DNA of 64,000 bases from NCBI GenBank assembly GCA_000165425.1, contig CT868014.1, positions 62,001 through 126,000 on the forward strand, written 5' to 3'. The notes under the pieces were generated by a model that worked only from the letters and a program-made list of their open reading frames with translations, made no database searches and had not been told where the DNA came from. Positions 39,608 to 53,485 of the stretch are shown here, piece after piece. A program made the translations under genes and the position numbers. The stretch's first letter is position 1; every line of letters begins with the position of its first letter. This stretch comes from Paramecium tetraurelia (Eukaryota).

Positions 39608-41031
39608 ATGAGTCCAAAAAATAATATTCCTTTATTCAATTTAACCCAGATAATAGTAGGGATTGTCGCATTTTCCCAAGGAGTTCAGCATTTGGCAGAT
39701 TTATCAATTCAATACTTATATAAGGATGATTTTCATGTATCACCAAGTAGGATGGGAGTGTATATTGGACTATCGTAATTGCCATGGTATAATAAATATT
39801 TAGTTTATTCATAGGATTATTAAACCTGTTTGGGGAATTATTTGCGATTCCTTTCCTATTTTAGGTTCCAGGAGAAAAGCCTATATTGTGTTCTGTGGTT
39901 TTTTAAGTTTCATTGGATGGCAATTAATGGCATATACAGGAGTTGACAATGCTTATGTGGCTGTTGCTTTACTAATTATGATATCATCTTCTGTTTGTAT
40001 TTGCAATGTAGTTGGAGGTAAAAATAAGTTAAATTGTAGAGGCGTTAATGGTTGAATAATGTGCAAATGATCATGCAGCAAATAATGTATCGGTGTTCTT
40101 TGGATTCAAAGCTGCAGGTGGATTAATTAGTGCTTATTTTTCAGGGATGTTGCTTATGTATCTAACTAAAAGACAAAGTAAACCTCCTTTACATAATAAA
40201 TAGTATTCCTTATTAATAGCATATTCCCATTAACGATGGCATTGCTTTCTTTGAAATTGAAAGAGACTGAATAAACTCAATAATCATAAAATATAAAGGA
40301 AGTTTTGAGTACGTTCTGGACATTTTTCTCAAATCCCAAAATCTATTAGTAAATATTTAATCTAATTCAAGAGGCCTGTATTGTTAATTTTAGCATTCAT
40401 GATGGTACCTTCAAGTAGTTCAATAATGTTTTATTTTTATACAGAAGTCTTGCATTTTACTCCGAAATTCATGGGATATTTGAAATTCATTAGTTGTTTA
40501 GGAACACTTCTGGCAATTTTATTGTATAGAAATTTCTTAAAGGATATCGCATTTTAAAAGATATTCATCACTACTACAATTTCATTTTTCTTTTGCTATC
40601 TCTCAACGATACCTTTGGTTACAAGAATGAATGTATAATGGGGAATAGATGATAGATTTTTCTGTCTCGGTGATTCAGTTATCTTATAATTTATTGGAGA
40701 ATTGAATTTGTTACCTATATTAGTGTATGCATGCAAAATATGTCCTAAAAATATTGAAGCTACCATGTATGCTATGCTTATGGCTACGATGAACTTTGGA
40801 ACTTTTGCTGGAGGATAATTAGGCAATTTTATCTTATATGAAATGGGAATCAATTAATAAGATTATTCTAAGCTATATATTTTTATTGCTCTTTCAAGTA
40901 TCTTCTTTATTTTACCTCTGCCATGGATTCATTTAATAAATGACAAAGCCATACCAATTGAAAAAGAATAAGAGCCTACTTAGATTTAAGATGTGGAGGA
41001 ATAATAAAAGTTGATTGCTGAAGAAGAATGA
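39608..41031 (+). CDS. BT1-family folate/biopterin transporter (MFS)
   Basis: FSQGV, YLYKDDF, LPWIIKPVWGIICDSFPILGSRRKAY, CPKNIEATMYAMLMATMNFG. Confidence 0.9.
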
Positions 41032-41696
41032 ATTACAATAATAAAATAATATCAATTCAATACATAATTTTCATTATTTTGAAATGTCCCAAATTACTTT
41101 AATCTTAAAAATTAATGCGAGTTTTTTTATAAAATTATTGGTCTTAATTGAGTTAAAACACTCTAAAATTAGTATTTTATAAGTCAATTTTAAAATCAAG
41201 GACTAAACTCATGGTTGCAAAATGGATTAATTCTAATTAATAAACATATGTTTTCAAGTCTATAATTGAATTTTAGATTTTTGGTGATTATTAAATTATA
41301 ATAAAAACTAATTCGTTCAAAAAAAATAATTTTCATTAGAAACTAAGTAAATATGAGGATATTTTAATCAAGATTTAATTATTCTTAATTTCAAAGGCAA
41401 AAAACTAAAGAAAATTTAAAGTTTTTCTCTTAAATAATTGAAAATTCAAATTATTGTTTTTGTCCATTAAGGTAAATATAATTATAAACCAGCATGACTT
41501 GGTGTAATCTGATATTATAAAGGATAATCAAAATATTTATATCAAAAACATTTTATGATATTCTGAAAATTGTATTATTAATATATTAAATAGAGCATGA
41601 TTAGAATTACTTTAGATTTCTTAGTTCTTGAAGTACCTTCTTATAATAACTATTATATAGATTATTTTAGATGTTAAGATTGTATTTAATTTTAAA

Positions 41697-42941
41697 TCAA
41701 AATGCTGGTGGGAATTCAAAATCACCAAATTCAGATGGAATTTAATATGTGCCAGGACCAGGGACTTAAGATGAATGATGTAATTACATTATTTATTTTT
41801 AATCTCCTAGGTCTATCTTTCTTAATAGCCAAATCGAAATCCACTTCTAGTAGAATATTATGAAGGCAAATAGTTTCTTGGATCTCCTATGTCTCCAGGG
41901 GGATCATAAGTTCCAGGGCCAGGAATCTTTTTAACTCTTTGAGATTAAGCAGTAGACGGAGAAATAACAGGAGCTCCACTACTTTTATATTTCCCAACAA
42001 AGTAATTTCCTTTTTAACTGAAACCACCTACATTATATCGACCTGGGGCAGGAGTTGTGGATTCAAGGTAAATGTCTAAGAAATAAAGGGATAAAATGTA
42101 CGTTTGGCTGATGTCCTTTCTCCCATGGAATATTTATAAGTAGTGACGATGTCTTTGACTTAATATAAATTGGGAGCAGGATTAGTATTAGGTCTGCCAT
42201 GAAGACCTTTGGATAGGGTTTCATCTCTTCCATAGGCAAATTTGACTCCTGGCTTTGGTTATAATTTGACATTGTAATCTGTAGGGCCAGGAATATATTT
42301 GTCCCGTTTTGTGAAATCAGATTTAATCCCAAATCCTAGGGCTGCTGATCTCTTACTTAATTGTGTTTAAATTCTAGAATAAATATGAGGATTTACTATG
42401 AATCATAGAACTACATTGAACAATAACTCTCTTTGGGCTTGGAAAACCTTTGAGCTTTAGAAAAGGTGTATTGCTATTTTGCATGAGATCTGTTTATTTA
42501 ATCATGAATTATTCTGGTATCAAATTATTCTGCTGTTCTTAGATGTAGAAATGAGCTTGAATTTCTTTTATTATAAATCTATTCAAGTGTTTTAAATGTC
42601 CTTTCAGTAGTTGTTTTAACTCGTTATTACTTTTCAGTTTCTAATCGTCTATTCTAATCTTTTCTCTATGTAGTAGTTTCCATCTCTCCTTAGGTTGCTA
42701 TCCTTTTAGTTTCATCATTTCCTTCCTTTTTTTAATTGTGTTGTTCTTCATGTTCTTCTATTCTCTATGGATCTTAATGATCTTCAACTTAATCTAAACC
42801 TTCGTTTTCATTTTACTAAACATTTTCATTTTGTGTTTATTTTTATTCTTCATCTTCATTTTATTATTATAACTATTCTGTATTTTGATTATTGTCTATT
42901 TACTCTTACTGAATCTCCTCTTATTAAATCAATTAGTTCAT
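41697..42941 (-). CDS. SHIPPO-1/ODF3/STPG-like PGP-repeat ciliary protein with a Q/E-rich N-terminus
   Basis: Repeated PGPGxY-type units (PGPTDY, PAPNLY, PAPGRY, PGPGTY), and SHAKQQYTFSKAQRF. Confidence 0.8.
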
Positions 42942-43117
42942 TGTTATTTAATTATATTTAATTTTATAAAAATAAATACATTCTCAAATATTGTAGTTTA
43001 TTTGATGATGAAATACAGATTTAAAACTTACACTTCCTTGTTTATATTAATAAATTAATGCATTTAATATATAATCCACATGATGTCTTATATATATATA
43101 TATAAATATATTTAAAG

Positions 43118-45927
43118 TCAAACAGCAACTTCACTAATATATCTTTCGATGGTCCACCCTCTTTTCACATATTCATCTAATTATTATACTTGTTTTCCAA
43201 ATATCACTTATGATGTCTAACCGTCAGCCATTTGCTTTAACACATATTGAGCTTGCTCCTTCACATCTTCTTCAGAAACTGCCAATATCTATTACATTTT
43301 CTCAGGATCTTCAATGCTAAAACTACCTAATTTTGCTGAATTCAAATTATCCTAATCTAGACATTCTAGTAATAAATGAACTGCATTTTCAAATATTCTG
43401 TAGGTTCTGAGTGTATGAATATCATTGACAGTATAAAATGTCAATTTCCCTGTGTTATATTGACAGTATCCTAATTGTGAATCGTTACAATATTAAGGAA
43501 TGAATATATGTGTTAGGAGATTAGATAAAATGTAATTAGCTGGTTTATGGGCAATTTGGATTGTTTCAGTAACACAGTTTGTGTGAGTGTTTAAGGCAAC
43601 ATATAATTTTAAGTATTGAAACTCCTATTTGAATGGAACTACTTCATACTTTTACTCGAAGTCTATTTTATTCATCAAGTAATCTAAAGATACATTTATA
43701 TAGTAATACCATCAAATTATAACTTGATATTTGTCAATAGTAAGTTTAGTTAAGAGTTGATTTTATCTTTTAAAAGGGGATTTGAATATACTTCGAAAGA
43801 CTAGATGTTCTTATTCATTATTTTATAGAAACAAGCAATTAATTGCTGACTCAATTGTTCCAATATCTGTTTTGCACTATAATTTTTTAAGATATCAACT
43901 TCTAATTAACAAATTTTCCTTGCTTATTAAATGATGGGGTATTTCTCTTATTAGGAATATGAGACAGCAATCTAAGGGATGTCCTCATTGCTTAAATAAT
44001 TAGCACTTATGATAGACAAGGATTAACTTATCAATTCTAAATTATCCAAACCTGGATCAGTTACTAATTGAAATTATTAAAAGGCTTCCTCAATATTCTT
44101 ATCCAAACAGATCAATTCTATAATTAATTTATCTTCAACCACAGAACACTCTAAATCATGTTAACTTACTTATTTATTGAAAAGCTCAGGTAATATGTCT
44201 TTTAAAATGCAAATGGTTTCATAATCCTTTTGACTAAATTAACTTACATCGATGATCCATCTGATGTTGCTTTGTTGAGGGTGTTTAGCTGCAAAAATAC
44301 TACAAGGAATGTTAACTATTAAATAGAAGGTATTAAATACAATTTAGATCTAATTTGATTGAATTCTTCTATTTCAACAACGGTATGATGTTGGCAGCAT
44401 TTAATTTAGGTAATGATTCTAAACTCAAAACATCTGTGTCTTCCTCTATGATTTTTTATTATTCAGATAGTTATTGATAGTTCACTTGTAATTATTTCAA
44501 ATGCTATTTAATTTCTGTAGTCATGTCTTCGATATAATATTGATCAGCCTCCATATTCACAGTGCATTTATCTTTAGTAAAATACTTTTCGATTAAAGAT
44601 TAGAAATCTTCGCTTTTGCATTCCTAGTTTAAGTATATTGATGGTTTGACATTATTTATAATATATGGAATTATATCGGATACATTAATTGATCTTCTTA
44701 ATCTGATTCTATCCAATGCAATATTGATAATATTTTAAGGTATTACCTGATAGATATTATCAGTTATTTATTTCATAAATGTATACAATTCTTGTTCGCA
44801 TTCCTTGTTATTAAATCCGAATTATATAATTTAATTGTGTAAAGTCATATCTGCTCCGAAATTGAGACAATACTATCCATACTTCTCAAGAATGGGTCTT
44901 AATCCATAATCCTAAATATCATGCAACAAAAATGATAGAATTCCTAACTTGAAATAATCTTCAGGTGTTTCAGTTAGATTAGCACCTCTATAAGCAAATG
45001 AAAATGAAGGCTATCCTTTCAATGATAATCTAGGTTCAAACAATTTAGCAGGTTGGTAATCCAATTACTTAATCGGTTTGATGGTATTTTAATGTTATTC
45101 AATTAAATCATTAAAATATTAACAATATTATAAAACATCTATGTCTCCTACAGTCACAAGGTAAGCATTAGACAAGTGAATGTAATCCTTATAATATTGC
45201 TAACATCTTTCATAACTCGCATTAGTCATCTCTTTTGGAATTCCCCCTGTAGTGTACTGATAAGCAGTTCCTTCTAGAAGATGCTTGCGAACTGCCTCTG
45301 CATGAATAAAATCTGGTTATTCTAATTGTTTTATCATTTAATCGTAAACTATGCCTCTGAGTATGAGTTCATTCCCTCCAAGTACTTGAACTCTAATTTG
45401 CTAGAGGAAATCAACTTCCCTGAACATAGGTCTGAAAACTTATTCAAAAGTGAGATTGAAAAGTTGTTTCAAGTCTTCAAATAAAGCAGATTAAACCTAA
45501 AACACCGTATGATCTGTGCTAACATAAGGCACTAAATCTGGAGGTTGTAGAGAGCGTCCTCTCATATGAGACCATGCATCTCTGACTGGATATCTTTATG
45601 AACCACATGTTAAGATTTATTATACAATATGTGGAATTCCACTATTATCGATAGCTGGAGTTTTAAATATCAAAGCTCCTTGATTCACAATAGAATTAGT
45701 TGCAAAATGAATATAATTTGTATTAGTAGTTGTGTGATGCATTTTATAACACAATGTCTAAAAATCTCTTGATCTATAGAATTCATCGACTTTAAAGTTA
45801 TTATAAGTTTCACCTTCTTTCAATTACTGTTTAAATACACCTCTAACTAATATTTGATTACTTCAACATACCTGACTTGATATTATGTGATGGTACTAAA
45901 TTATGCTTTTCTTAATTAATTCAACAT
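43118..45927 (-). CDS. Presequence protease (PreP/PITRM1, M16C)-like protein lacking the HXXEH motif
   Basis: Mitochondrial-presequence-like N-terminus. FKTPAIDNSGIPHIVQQILTCGSQRYPVRD, RGIVYDQM, GGIPKEM. About 900 aa. Confidence 0.8.
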
Positions 45928-46404
45928 TAATTATAAAAATTTATGACAAAAGCAGCTTAATCTTGTAATTATCAATTAATCATTAAATTAATGAAGTAAT
46001 TGTTTAAATCTATGGAATAATATGATGGAAAATGAGTATTATGAGTAATAGTAGAACTATATTGAATGCAACTAGAATTTTCAAAAAGGTGCTTGCTGTT
46101 CATAAGGATACTTGATATTGTTAAAACTGAACTAAAATCAAATGTAAATTCAGTTTATATGGGTTTTATATAGAATCAATAATGAACAATAATTTTAAAA
46201 ACTACGTTTTAATTACATCAACAAAGTTTATAATATATAAATTCCAGAAATATTGCTATTGTTCTATCTCGAATTTTAAGTATTTTATTCGGAAGTGAAT
46301 GCAGTAAAAGGTCGCAGTCCATTCTACATTAATTTGAGATTTTTCAGTCTCTGTAATATGTTATATATTGTATAATCTATTATTATAATAAACATCATTT
46401 GATA

Positions 46405-47376
46405 ATGCAAAAAAAAACGCCCTTAAATAGGTAGGTGGTTTTGGAATGGTTTGAATAGCCAGATGAACTACTAGCTAATGCTCTTCTGAGAAATTATTAA
46501 TTCACATTCTCGAAATTACCTGAGCAAGAAGAAATATAATTAATTTTATGCTCAGTTGAAAAAGCTTACAATAGCAAACGAGGGGCCTGGACTCCTTGTC
46601 AAGATAAGTTTCTTAATCTTGCTGTTTTGGGGATATGCCTGAGAAATCATGTAAGACCGGTTGAGCTGGTATTTATATTTCCTATTTTTCTAGTCTCCAT
46701 AATATTGGGAGTAGATTTCGAGGTTGTTTAGATTTCATAATTGGAAATCATGCAGGAATAGATGGTTAGAAGAGTGTCACAAAAAAGCAAGTTGGACACC
46801 CTAAGAAGACAGAGTCTTAAAAGAATTACAGTAATTTAAACCAAATAAATGGTGTGAGATTGCTTTGGATTTGATGAGGATTTGTAAAACTCCGTATGTT
46901 CGATAAGGAAAATAATGTCGTGATAGGTGGATAAATAAACTAGATCCCAATATCGTCAAGTAGTTTAATATATATATAATTCAATTAGTTTGCCTTGGAC
47001 AAGAGAAGAGGAGCTTTTATTGTTTAAGGAAATTGAACAAAGAGGAAAAAAATGGGCTGAAATTTCTCTCCAAGTGTTTTAATTGAAGAGGACAGAAAAC
47101 ACAATCAAAAACAGATATTACAATCTTTTGAAATAAGCAGAAGCAAAAATGAAATTCGGAAGGATAACAAAAGAATTGAAAAATAAAATATTGGTCGATT
47201 CGGTCATTAATCAATTAGAAACATCTATAAATTATTAACCCAAGTTAGAACAAGGGGAAGAATATTAAGTCAAAAATTACCAAATCCATTTATTTGACTT
47301 CGATAATATTGATAACTATGAGGAAATTGTTCTCATTTCTAAAGGAAAACTTGTTAAATTAAATGATCAGTAGTGA
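46405..47376 (+). CDS. Myb-family transcription factor with three Myb repeats
   Basis: GAWTPCQD...WEQIS...SCRNRW; SWTPQED...WCEIA...GKQCRDRWINKLDP; PWTREEE...WAEIS...RTENTIKNRYY. Confidence 0.9.
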
Positions 47377-48001
47377 TTTTAATTTTATTTATATTTGGAT
47401 ATCTTATATTAGTATGTTAATCATTAAAATTTAAATTATGATTATAAATTCTGTTATTTTGAAAAAATTAAATCTCATTTTAATAATTAGGTTTCTCATA
47501 TATTCAAAAAAAATTAACATTTTATTTAATCCACATAAACTGAGTTATCAAAAGGATTGTTAATATACCATTTTTATTCACACTCTCTATTTGAAAAATA
47601 ATATTATAAATATATCTATTAAAATTGATTGACTAATCAAAATCTACACTCTTTATAGGGAAATGGAGTATTTAAAGAAATTTTCAGCATTTTTTTTGAA
47701 AATTTAACAGAATAATAAATTATTATATTATAATGAAATGAAGATAATATGATTAAACAGAACAGCATAAATTCTTAATTTAATATTCTATAATATATAT
47801 ACTTATCGAATTAGAGACTTTTTGTCCATATTTGCCATAAAAACAATTGATTTTAAAATCGATTAGAATTCAAATTAATTGTCTTAAAATGGATTACATC
47901 CATTCTAGCTCTTACAAAAAGTGTAAAAATATATTGAAAGAGTTTTCGAGATTATTTACATATTGCCATGTCAATATTGTACTGATTTTAATATAATTGA
48001 A

Positions 48002-48427
48002 TCATTCCTTCAAAGCAAACTTTCTTAATGGGAAATTGTTGAGTCTCTTCCATTATCTCTATGTTTTTTAAGCTTTACACATAACTAAATATATATACCT
48101 TTTTCGCTTCTTGTAAGTCTTTATCTAATTGCTCTTGTTTTCTTGCCTCTAAGATCAACAGGAAGTTTGCCACTTGATTTAGTAGCACTTTTGACTTAAT
48201 TTCTTCTTTATTCATTTATGACTGTCAAATATTTAGCAATTCGCTTTCTAACAAGCTTGATTATTCATATATTATGTTACTCCAATTCTGCCAAGTTTTT
48301 AGGCATTACCTGCTGATACTTTCACTGTTCTCAATTAAATTAATTCACCCTTAAGCTTTTCTAAGTCCTTGAGGAGATCTTCAGGCTTTTATTCTCTGAG
48401 CTTTCTAACCTTGAACTTTTAGGACAT
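48002..48427 (-). CDS. RPL35: 60S ribosomal protein L35 (uL29)
   Basis: LEKLKGELIQLR, VRKRIAKYLTVINE, LPVDLRGKKTRAIRQRLT, FPLRKFALKE. Confidence 0.95.
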
Positions 48428-49317
48428 TATTTAAATAAAAGGATTTAATTTTTATCAAATATGAAGAATTATTTTCAATATAGCAATCAATATTCTGTAA
48501 ATACATTATCAAAACTCAAAATTATCATCTAAATTCATAGTGTTGCTAGGTCAATCTATCTGAAATAATACACATAATTTTGTGATATAGTTTCTAATAA
48601 AATTAGACCAAAATCTTTTGATTTTTCATATAATTATTATTTCTCTCCTTTTTGAAAAAAAGAATGATTCATTTTAATGACTTTCTATAATAAAAATATA
48701 TATGCAGATATCATGAATATAAATAGAAATCAATATGCTATCATTTAAAATATTTTAATATATTATTTTTTCTAATCTACTTTGTTTAAGCGGATTTATG
48801 AATAATAAGTAAGTACTACAATCAATAATTTGAGTAATTATTAAATATCAATTCTTTTATCATGACTTATAATAAAAATTTGATTACGGTTTAATTCAAT
48901 GCATTAAATCTAAGGATATTAATTTAGAAACACTAATTAAAATGCAAATTGATAACTTAGAATTTATATTTGAATTAGGAATTGATTAAAAAATATCTTT
49001 ATAGTTAAAATTAATGTATTCATTAATTATTTCAGAAAGTTTTAGTATTTTTATTTGATTTTCTAAATAATTTATTTAAAAGGAATAAAGTGTATATGTA
49101 TATTTTATAAAGGAACACCAAAGTCTAATTTAATTTATAAGAGATATTAATTAAAATTATAAAGAGAGTGTGGAATGATAGTTATTTAATTTAAGCATCT
49201 AAAGGTTGCTATATTGATATACTCTTAATTAACAAAATAAATTTTGAAATGACAAAATGGTAGAATTGTACTAATGAATTAGAATATGTTAAATTGATTA
49301 TATTATTTTATAATTTT

Positions 49318-50328
49318 ATGGCTTCGTAAAAATTTATGGAAGTGTTATCAAACAATGACAAGTTAAGAATGAATGATATGAAACTGATTGAGCAGGAATA
49401 ATATTATATCAGCTAGTTAAAGGATTAAAGGGAAAAAGTAAAAACCCATTTTAATGATAGATGGAATTATTAAAAATTGAATTTTTGAAGAAGGATCATG
49501 TAATATTAGAGTTGTAAGGGCATTTGGAATAATTATAAGAAGAATGTGAATAACTCAGAGAAATTTACTAAGAACATGTTCAGAATCAAGAAAATGAATT
49601 TTATAGATTGAATTAATTATAGGTGGAAAAAGATAATCTAATGAAAGACAACGAAGAATTAAAGGATGTAATCTTACATTTACGAAATGAAAATGAAACT
49701 TTAAATGTATTCAAAATGATATTATTTCATAGTCGTTATAATTTAAAAATGATGATTAGTTAAGATAGTTATAAGAATAATTGGTTGTGTGGACAGATGA
49801 AAATTAAAGATTAAAATAAGAAATAGCCAAGTTGGACGAACTTCTCTTTACATACGAACCTTTAAAAGAGGAAAACGAAAAATTGAATGAAAAACTAAAA
49901 TATTATAAGCATGAAAAGCACAGACTATCCTCAGAATTGAAATAAGGAAAACAAGAAATTAATAAACAAATAGAAGAATTTAAATAAGGTTATGTTAAGG
50001 ACTTAAAAAATGAGATTTAAAGATTACAAGAATACAAAGAATAATATTAGTAATTAAAAATACAAGTTCAAGATTTTGAATAGTAATACATTGAAGCAAT
50101 TAAAGAAAACAATGAATTAAAATTAGAAATTAAATCTCTATATGAAAAGGAGGAGAGTGAAATTAAAATTAAATCAGAAATAGATAGAGTACATATATTG
50201 CATTAAAATTTAAGGTGAGATAAGATCTTATGTCAGTAAGATATTAAGAGACCTTAAAATTGAATGAACTATTTAATGGTATGATCAATCTGAGCAGTTT
50301 AGCAAACTCTAGAGATCATTTTAATTGA
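49318..50328 (+). CDS. Hypothetical coiled-coil protein
   Basis: MASQKFMEVLSNNDKLR... heptad-rich, with three introns and TGA at 50326. Confidence 0.6.
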
Positions 50329-50600
50329 ATATCAAATTTTTCATTTTTAATTATCTATAAATTATACTTTAGCGTAATCAAAAAGTGTGATATCAGCATA
50401 TATAACTATCTTTTATGAAAAATAAAAGAAGAAAATTAAAAAGGATTTTTATACTGATTTATAAAAGTCTAAGTATGATATCTTTCAGATTCTAATTCAT
50501 TAAATAATAAAATCTTGGAGAAATTCAATATTAAATCTGATAGATAAACTTTGCTTTGGTTATGAAATATGAATTATAAATAATAATTTAATTTAAAAGA

Positions 50601-51048
50601 ATGAGTAAAAAGGAGGAGATAATAGAAATAAACCTTGAAGAAAAGATTCAATAAGAGAAAAGAAATAAGTAAAATGTGAGAAAAGGGTACTAAGAAAAGA
50701 GATAGAAATTATAAGCATTCACTAATGATAGACATAGAAATGACAATCGCAATCCTGGGACTTTTGTTGATATTACAAACTTGCATTATAGTGTTACAAA
50801 TGAAGAATTGAAAGAGTTGGCTTAACAATTTGGGAAGGTGAAGAGAGCCTAAGTGGAATGGGATAAAATGGGCAGATCACTTGTATAATTAAATATATAA
50901 TCTAAAGGAATAAGGCTATGTAGAATTTTTTTATGTATCAGACGCAAAAAAGGCAGTTGAGAATTTAAACAACACAACGATTGAGAGTTTACCAATGAAA
51001 GCCTAATTAAGAGATTAAACTACGAGAAGAGGCATGTTCAAGCGATGA
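50601..51048 (+). CDS. RRM protein, ALY/REF (THOC4/Yra1)-like
   Basis: VDITNLHYSVTNEELKELAQQFGKVKRAQVEWDKMGRSL...YVEF...DAKKAVENLNNTTIESLPMK. Confidence 0.8.
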
Positions 51049-51079
51049 TGAATATTAATGTACGAACAAAGGTGTTTAA

Positions 51080-51471
51080 TCAATCAAACAAGCCTGCCAT
51101 ATCAACATCTTCTTCTGGTTCTTCAGCTTTCTTAACTTCTTTAGCTGGCTCAGGAGCTTTAGCTTATTGAGTGGCAGGAGCTGATGTTTATGCAGCAGTT
51201 TAAGCAGCAGGTGCATTGCCTGTATTTCCATGTAAAAGATCTCCGACTTTCTTTCCTTTGAGTGCCTTTTCAAATACTTTAGTCCAGATAGGTTCAACTC
51301 TCAAATTAGCAGCTTTGATGACTTAAGCTAATTTAGAAGCAGCAATCTGAGTATTATTTATTAATTTACTTCTTAATTGTCTTCATATAAGATGAGAGCA
51401 GCATAGGTGCAGGCTGCTTCTGAAGTAGCTTAATCAGCAATTGGTCGAGTGTCTTTTTGTGCTCTTGCCAT
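51080..51471 (-). CDS. RPLP1: 60S acidic ribosomal protein P1
   Basis: EAACTYAALILYED, KAANLRVEPIWTKVFEKAL, an Ala-rich hinge, and EEPEEDVDMAGLFD. Confidence 0.95.
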
Positions 51472-51727
51472 TTAAAAAAATAATTAAAAAGATTTAATAT
51501 TTAATGCTCATCTTATTCTTCTTATAATTCTTTACTAAAAAACTTTTTGCTGTTTAAAGATGTTCATTCCATTTTATGTTAACAGAATATTGAATTAATC
51601 CATATTTATGATTTTTTTTTTTCTTAATAAAAGTAAAAGTGTTTAAATTATAGGATAGGTATGAAAATACTTAAATCAAATCTCTTTATAGATTATTCAA
51701 TTAATTAGTAATATAAAATAATTTTTA

Positions 51728-52190
51728 TCAGCTCCAAGCATCATGCTTTTGGTTCCCAAATCTTTTTCATATTTTCAGGACTTTCACTAAAAATATTAAA
51801 ATATCTATTATCTTATTCATCAATTTCAAGAATAGAAGCTCTGGTTTCATCGTTTCCTCTAATCATTGTGACTCTATTTGGTTATTTTACCTTATGGAGG
51901 GAAAGCAATGTAATAACTTCAACACTATGAACACCTCTATCCACATAATCAACCAAAAACATTTAATTTGTAAATGGAGGGTTCCTTCCTACTTTAAAAA
52001 GTTCCTAAACATCGTACAATTGACTAATTATACAAAATTCAAATACCCATGAACTTCTCCAACTATCGTATCAGGAGTGGGGATCTTATTTAAATTTGGT
52101 TCCTTTGAAAAATCTCCTTCAATGTTAAGCAAATAAACTTCATTGCATTTTCATTAAGTAATAAACTTATTTAAGAAATTTATCAATCAT
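51728..52190 (-). pseudogene. Decayed PP2A/PP4/PP6-type Ser/Thr phosphatase
   Basis: GEVHGQLYD, FLVDYVDRG, IRGNDETR (degenerate PPP motifs). Two frameshifts near the 5' end and a large internal deletion. Confidence 0.8.
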
Positions 52191-52677
52191 ATTATAATTA
52201 TATAGAATAATTATGCAGTTCTTTATCAAATTGTACATCAGGTCTATGTATAACTTGATTTATAATTTTCTATTTCTTTATCACTATCCATCATTTTATC
52301 AGGAGTGAGTAACCACAAGTACAATAATAGTAGAATTATGTTTTAGTAATTCTCATTTTAATGGATAGAATTTTTATCAAAACTTACTCAACTTGCTTCT
52401 AGATAAATTACTTTGCAATAAATGATAAATTGTAGACTCAAATTAAAAAACTTCACGAATTATGAATTTTTCTGACATCTTTGGATGTTTGATATCCCTT
52501 TTGAAATGTGATTGCTAACATTGATTCATTAAGAATTGAAATATTTCTATTCTATGTGAAATCTCAACTTTATAGACTCTGTAGTATGTTTTTACCTGAA
52601 TTGATAATTAGTACTAATTTGTTTACTTTTTTCTTTTTATAGTAGTTAATCTGCGATTATAATTATTAATTAAGGCT

Positions 52678-53465
52678 ATGAGTGTTTTATAATCGTCTTC
52701 TGAGCCAATGTCTATGGCAGAATCAATTGTGCCTTATGTGTATGAACAAGGCCCAATACTTAACATAGTTAAGAATGGAGATGAGTTAGTCAAAAGTTCG
52801 CACTTTGAAGAAGCCTATGAAGTTTACAGCTCGGCACTTCCCTTAATATATTAAAATTCAAGGCCAGAAGTTATAGAACCTACAACAGAAGATGTTCTTT
52901 TAGGATTAGCAAAGTGTGCTTTAACTTTGAATAAACTCTCCGAGAGCAAGCATTATTGTTTTGAGGTAGTGAATTCTTTGAATTTCGCTAGATTTTAAAG
53001 AGTTATCCCTAGCATCCATAAGCCCTACTGTATTTAGGATTAATTTACAAATAAGAGGGTAATGAAAAGAAAAGTGAAAAGTATATGAAATTAGCTTACA
53101 GCTCGAATTAAGATACGGATATCAATTCAGAAAATTAATTATTACTTCAAATCTATAGATAATATTCTGATTAATCCAACAATTACTCTTCAGTTTAAAA
53201 TAGCCGAGAATAAAAAGAATCTACATAAACTCAATCAAATGATTTGTTGACTCAAATTGTTGCATCAACCATCTTAGGAAGCTTATCAACCTCAGTGATC
53301 AACTGGAAAAGAAGATACTCTTACACTAATTTATTTATTAGTGCTTGGAATTCTACTTGCATTTTTGGATGTCTAAGGTTGAGTTGCTTCAGATTAAAAT
53401 ACCTTTGTTTTGGAGTTTACATGCTGAGCATAATAGCACTATATTTATATTAAAGATATTTTTGA
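52678..53465 (+). CDS. TPR-repeat protein with C-terminal TM segments
   Basis: GDELVKSSHFEEAYEVYSSAL, LLGLAKCAL, YPQHPQALLYLGQIYKQEG, then hydrophobic C-terminal helices. Confidence 0.65.
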
Positions 53466-53485
53466 AATTTTGTCATTATTATAAA

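Noticed and set aside
43085..43112. (TA)n run, with a similar one at ~24097-24110
   Set aside because: Short microsatellite expected at this AT content, with no IES or transposon evidence.
46010..46402. ORF upstream of the Myb gene
   Set aside because: Low-complexity AT-rich translation without motifs. Long open frames arise easily when TGA is the only stop.
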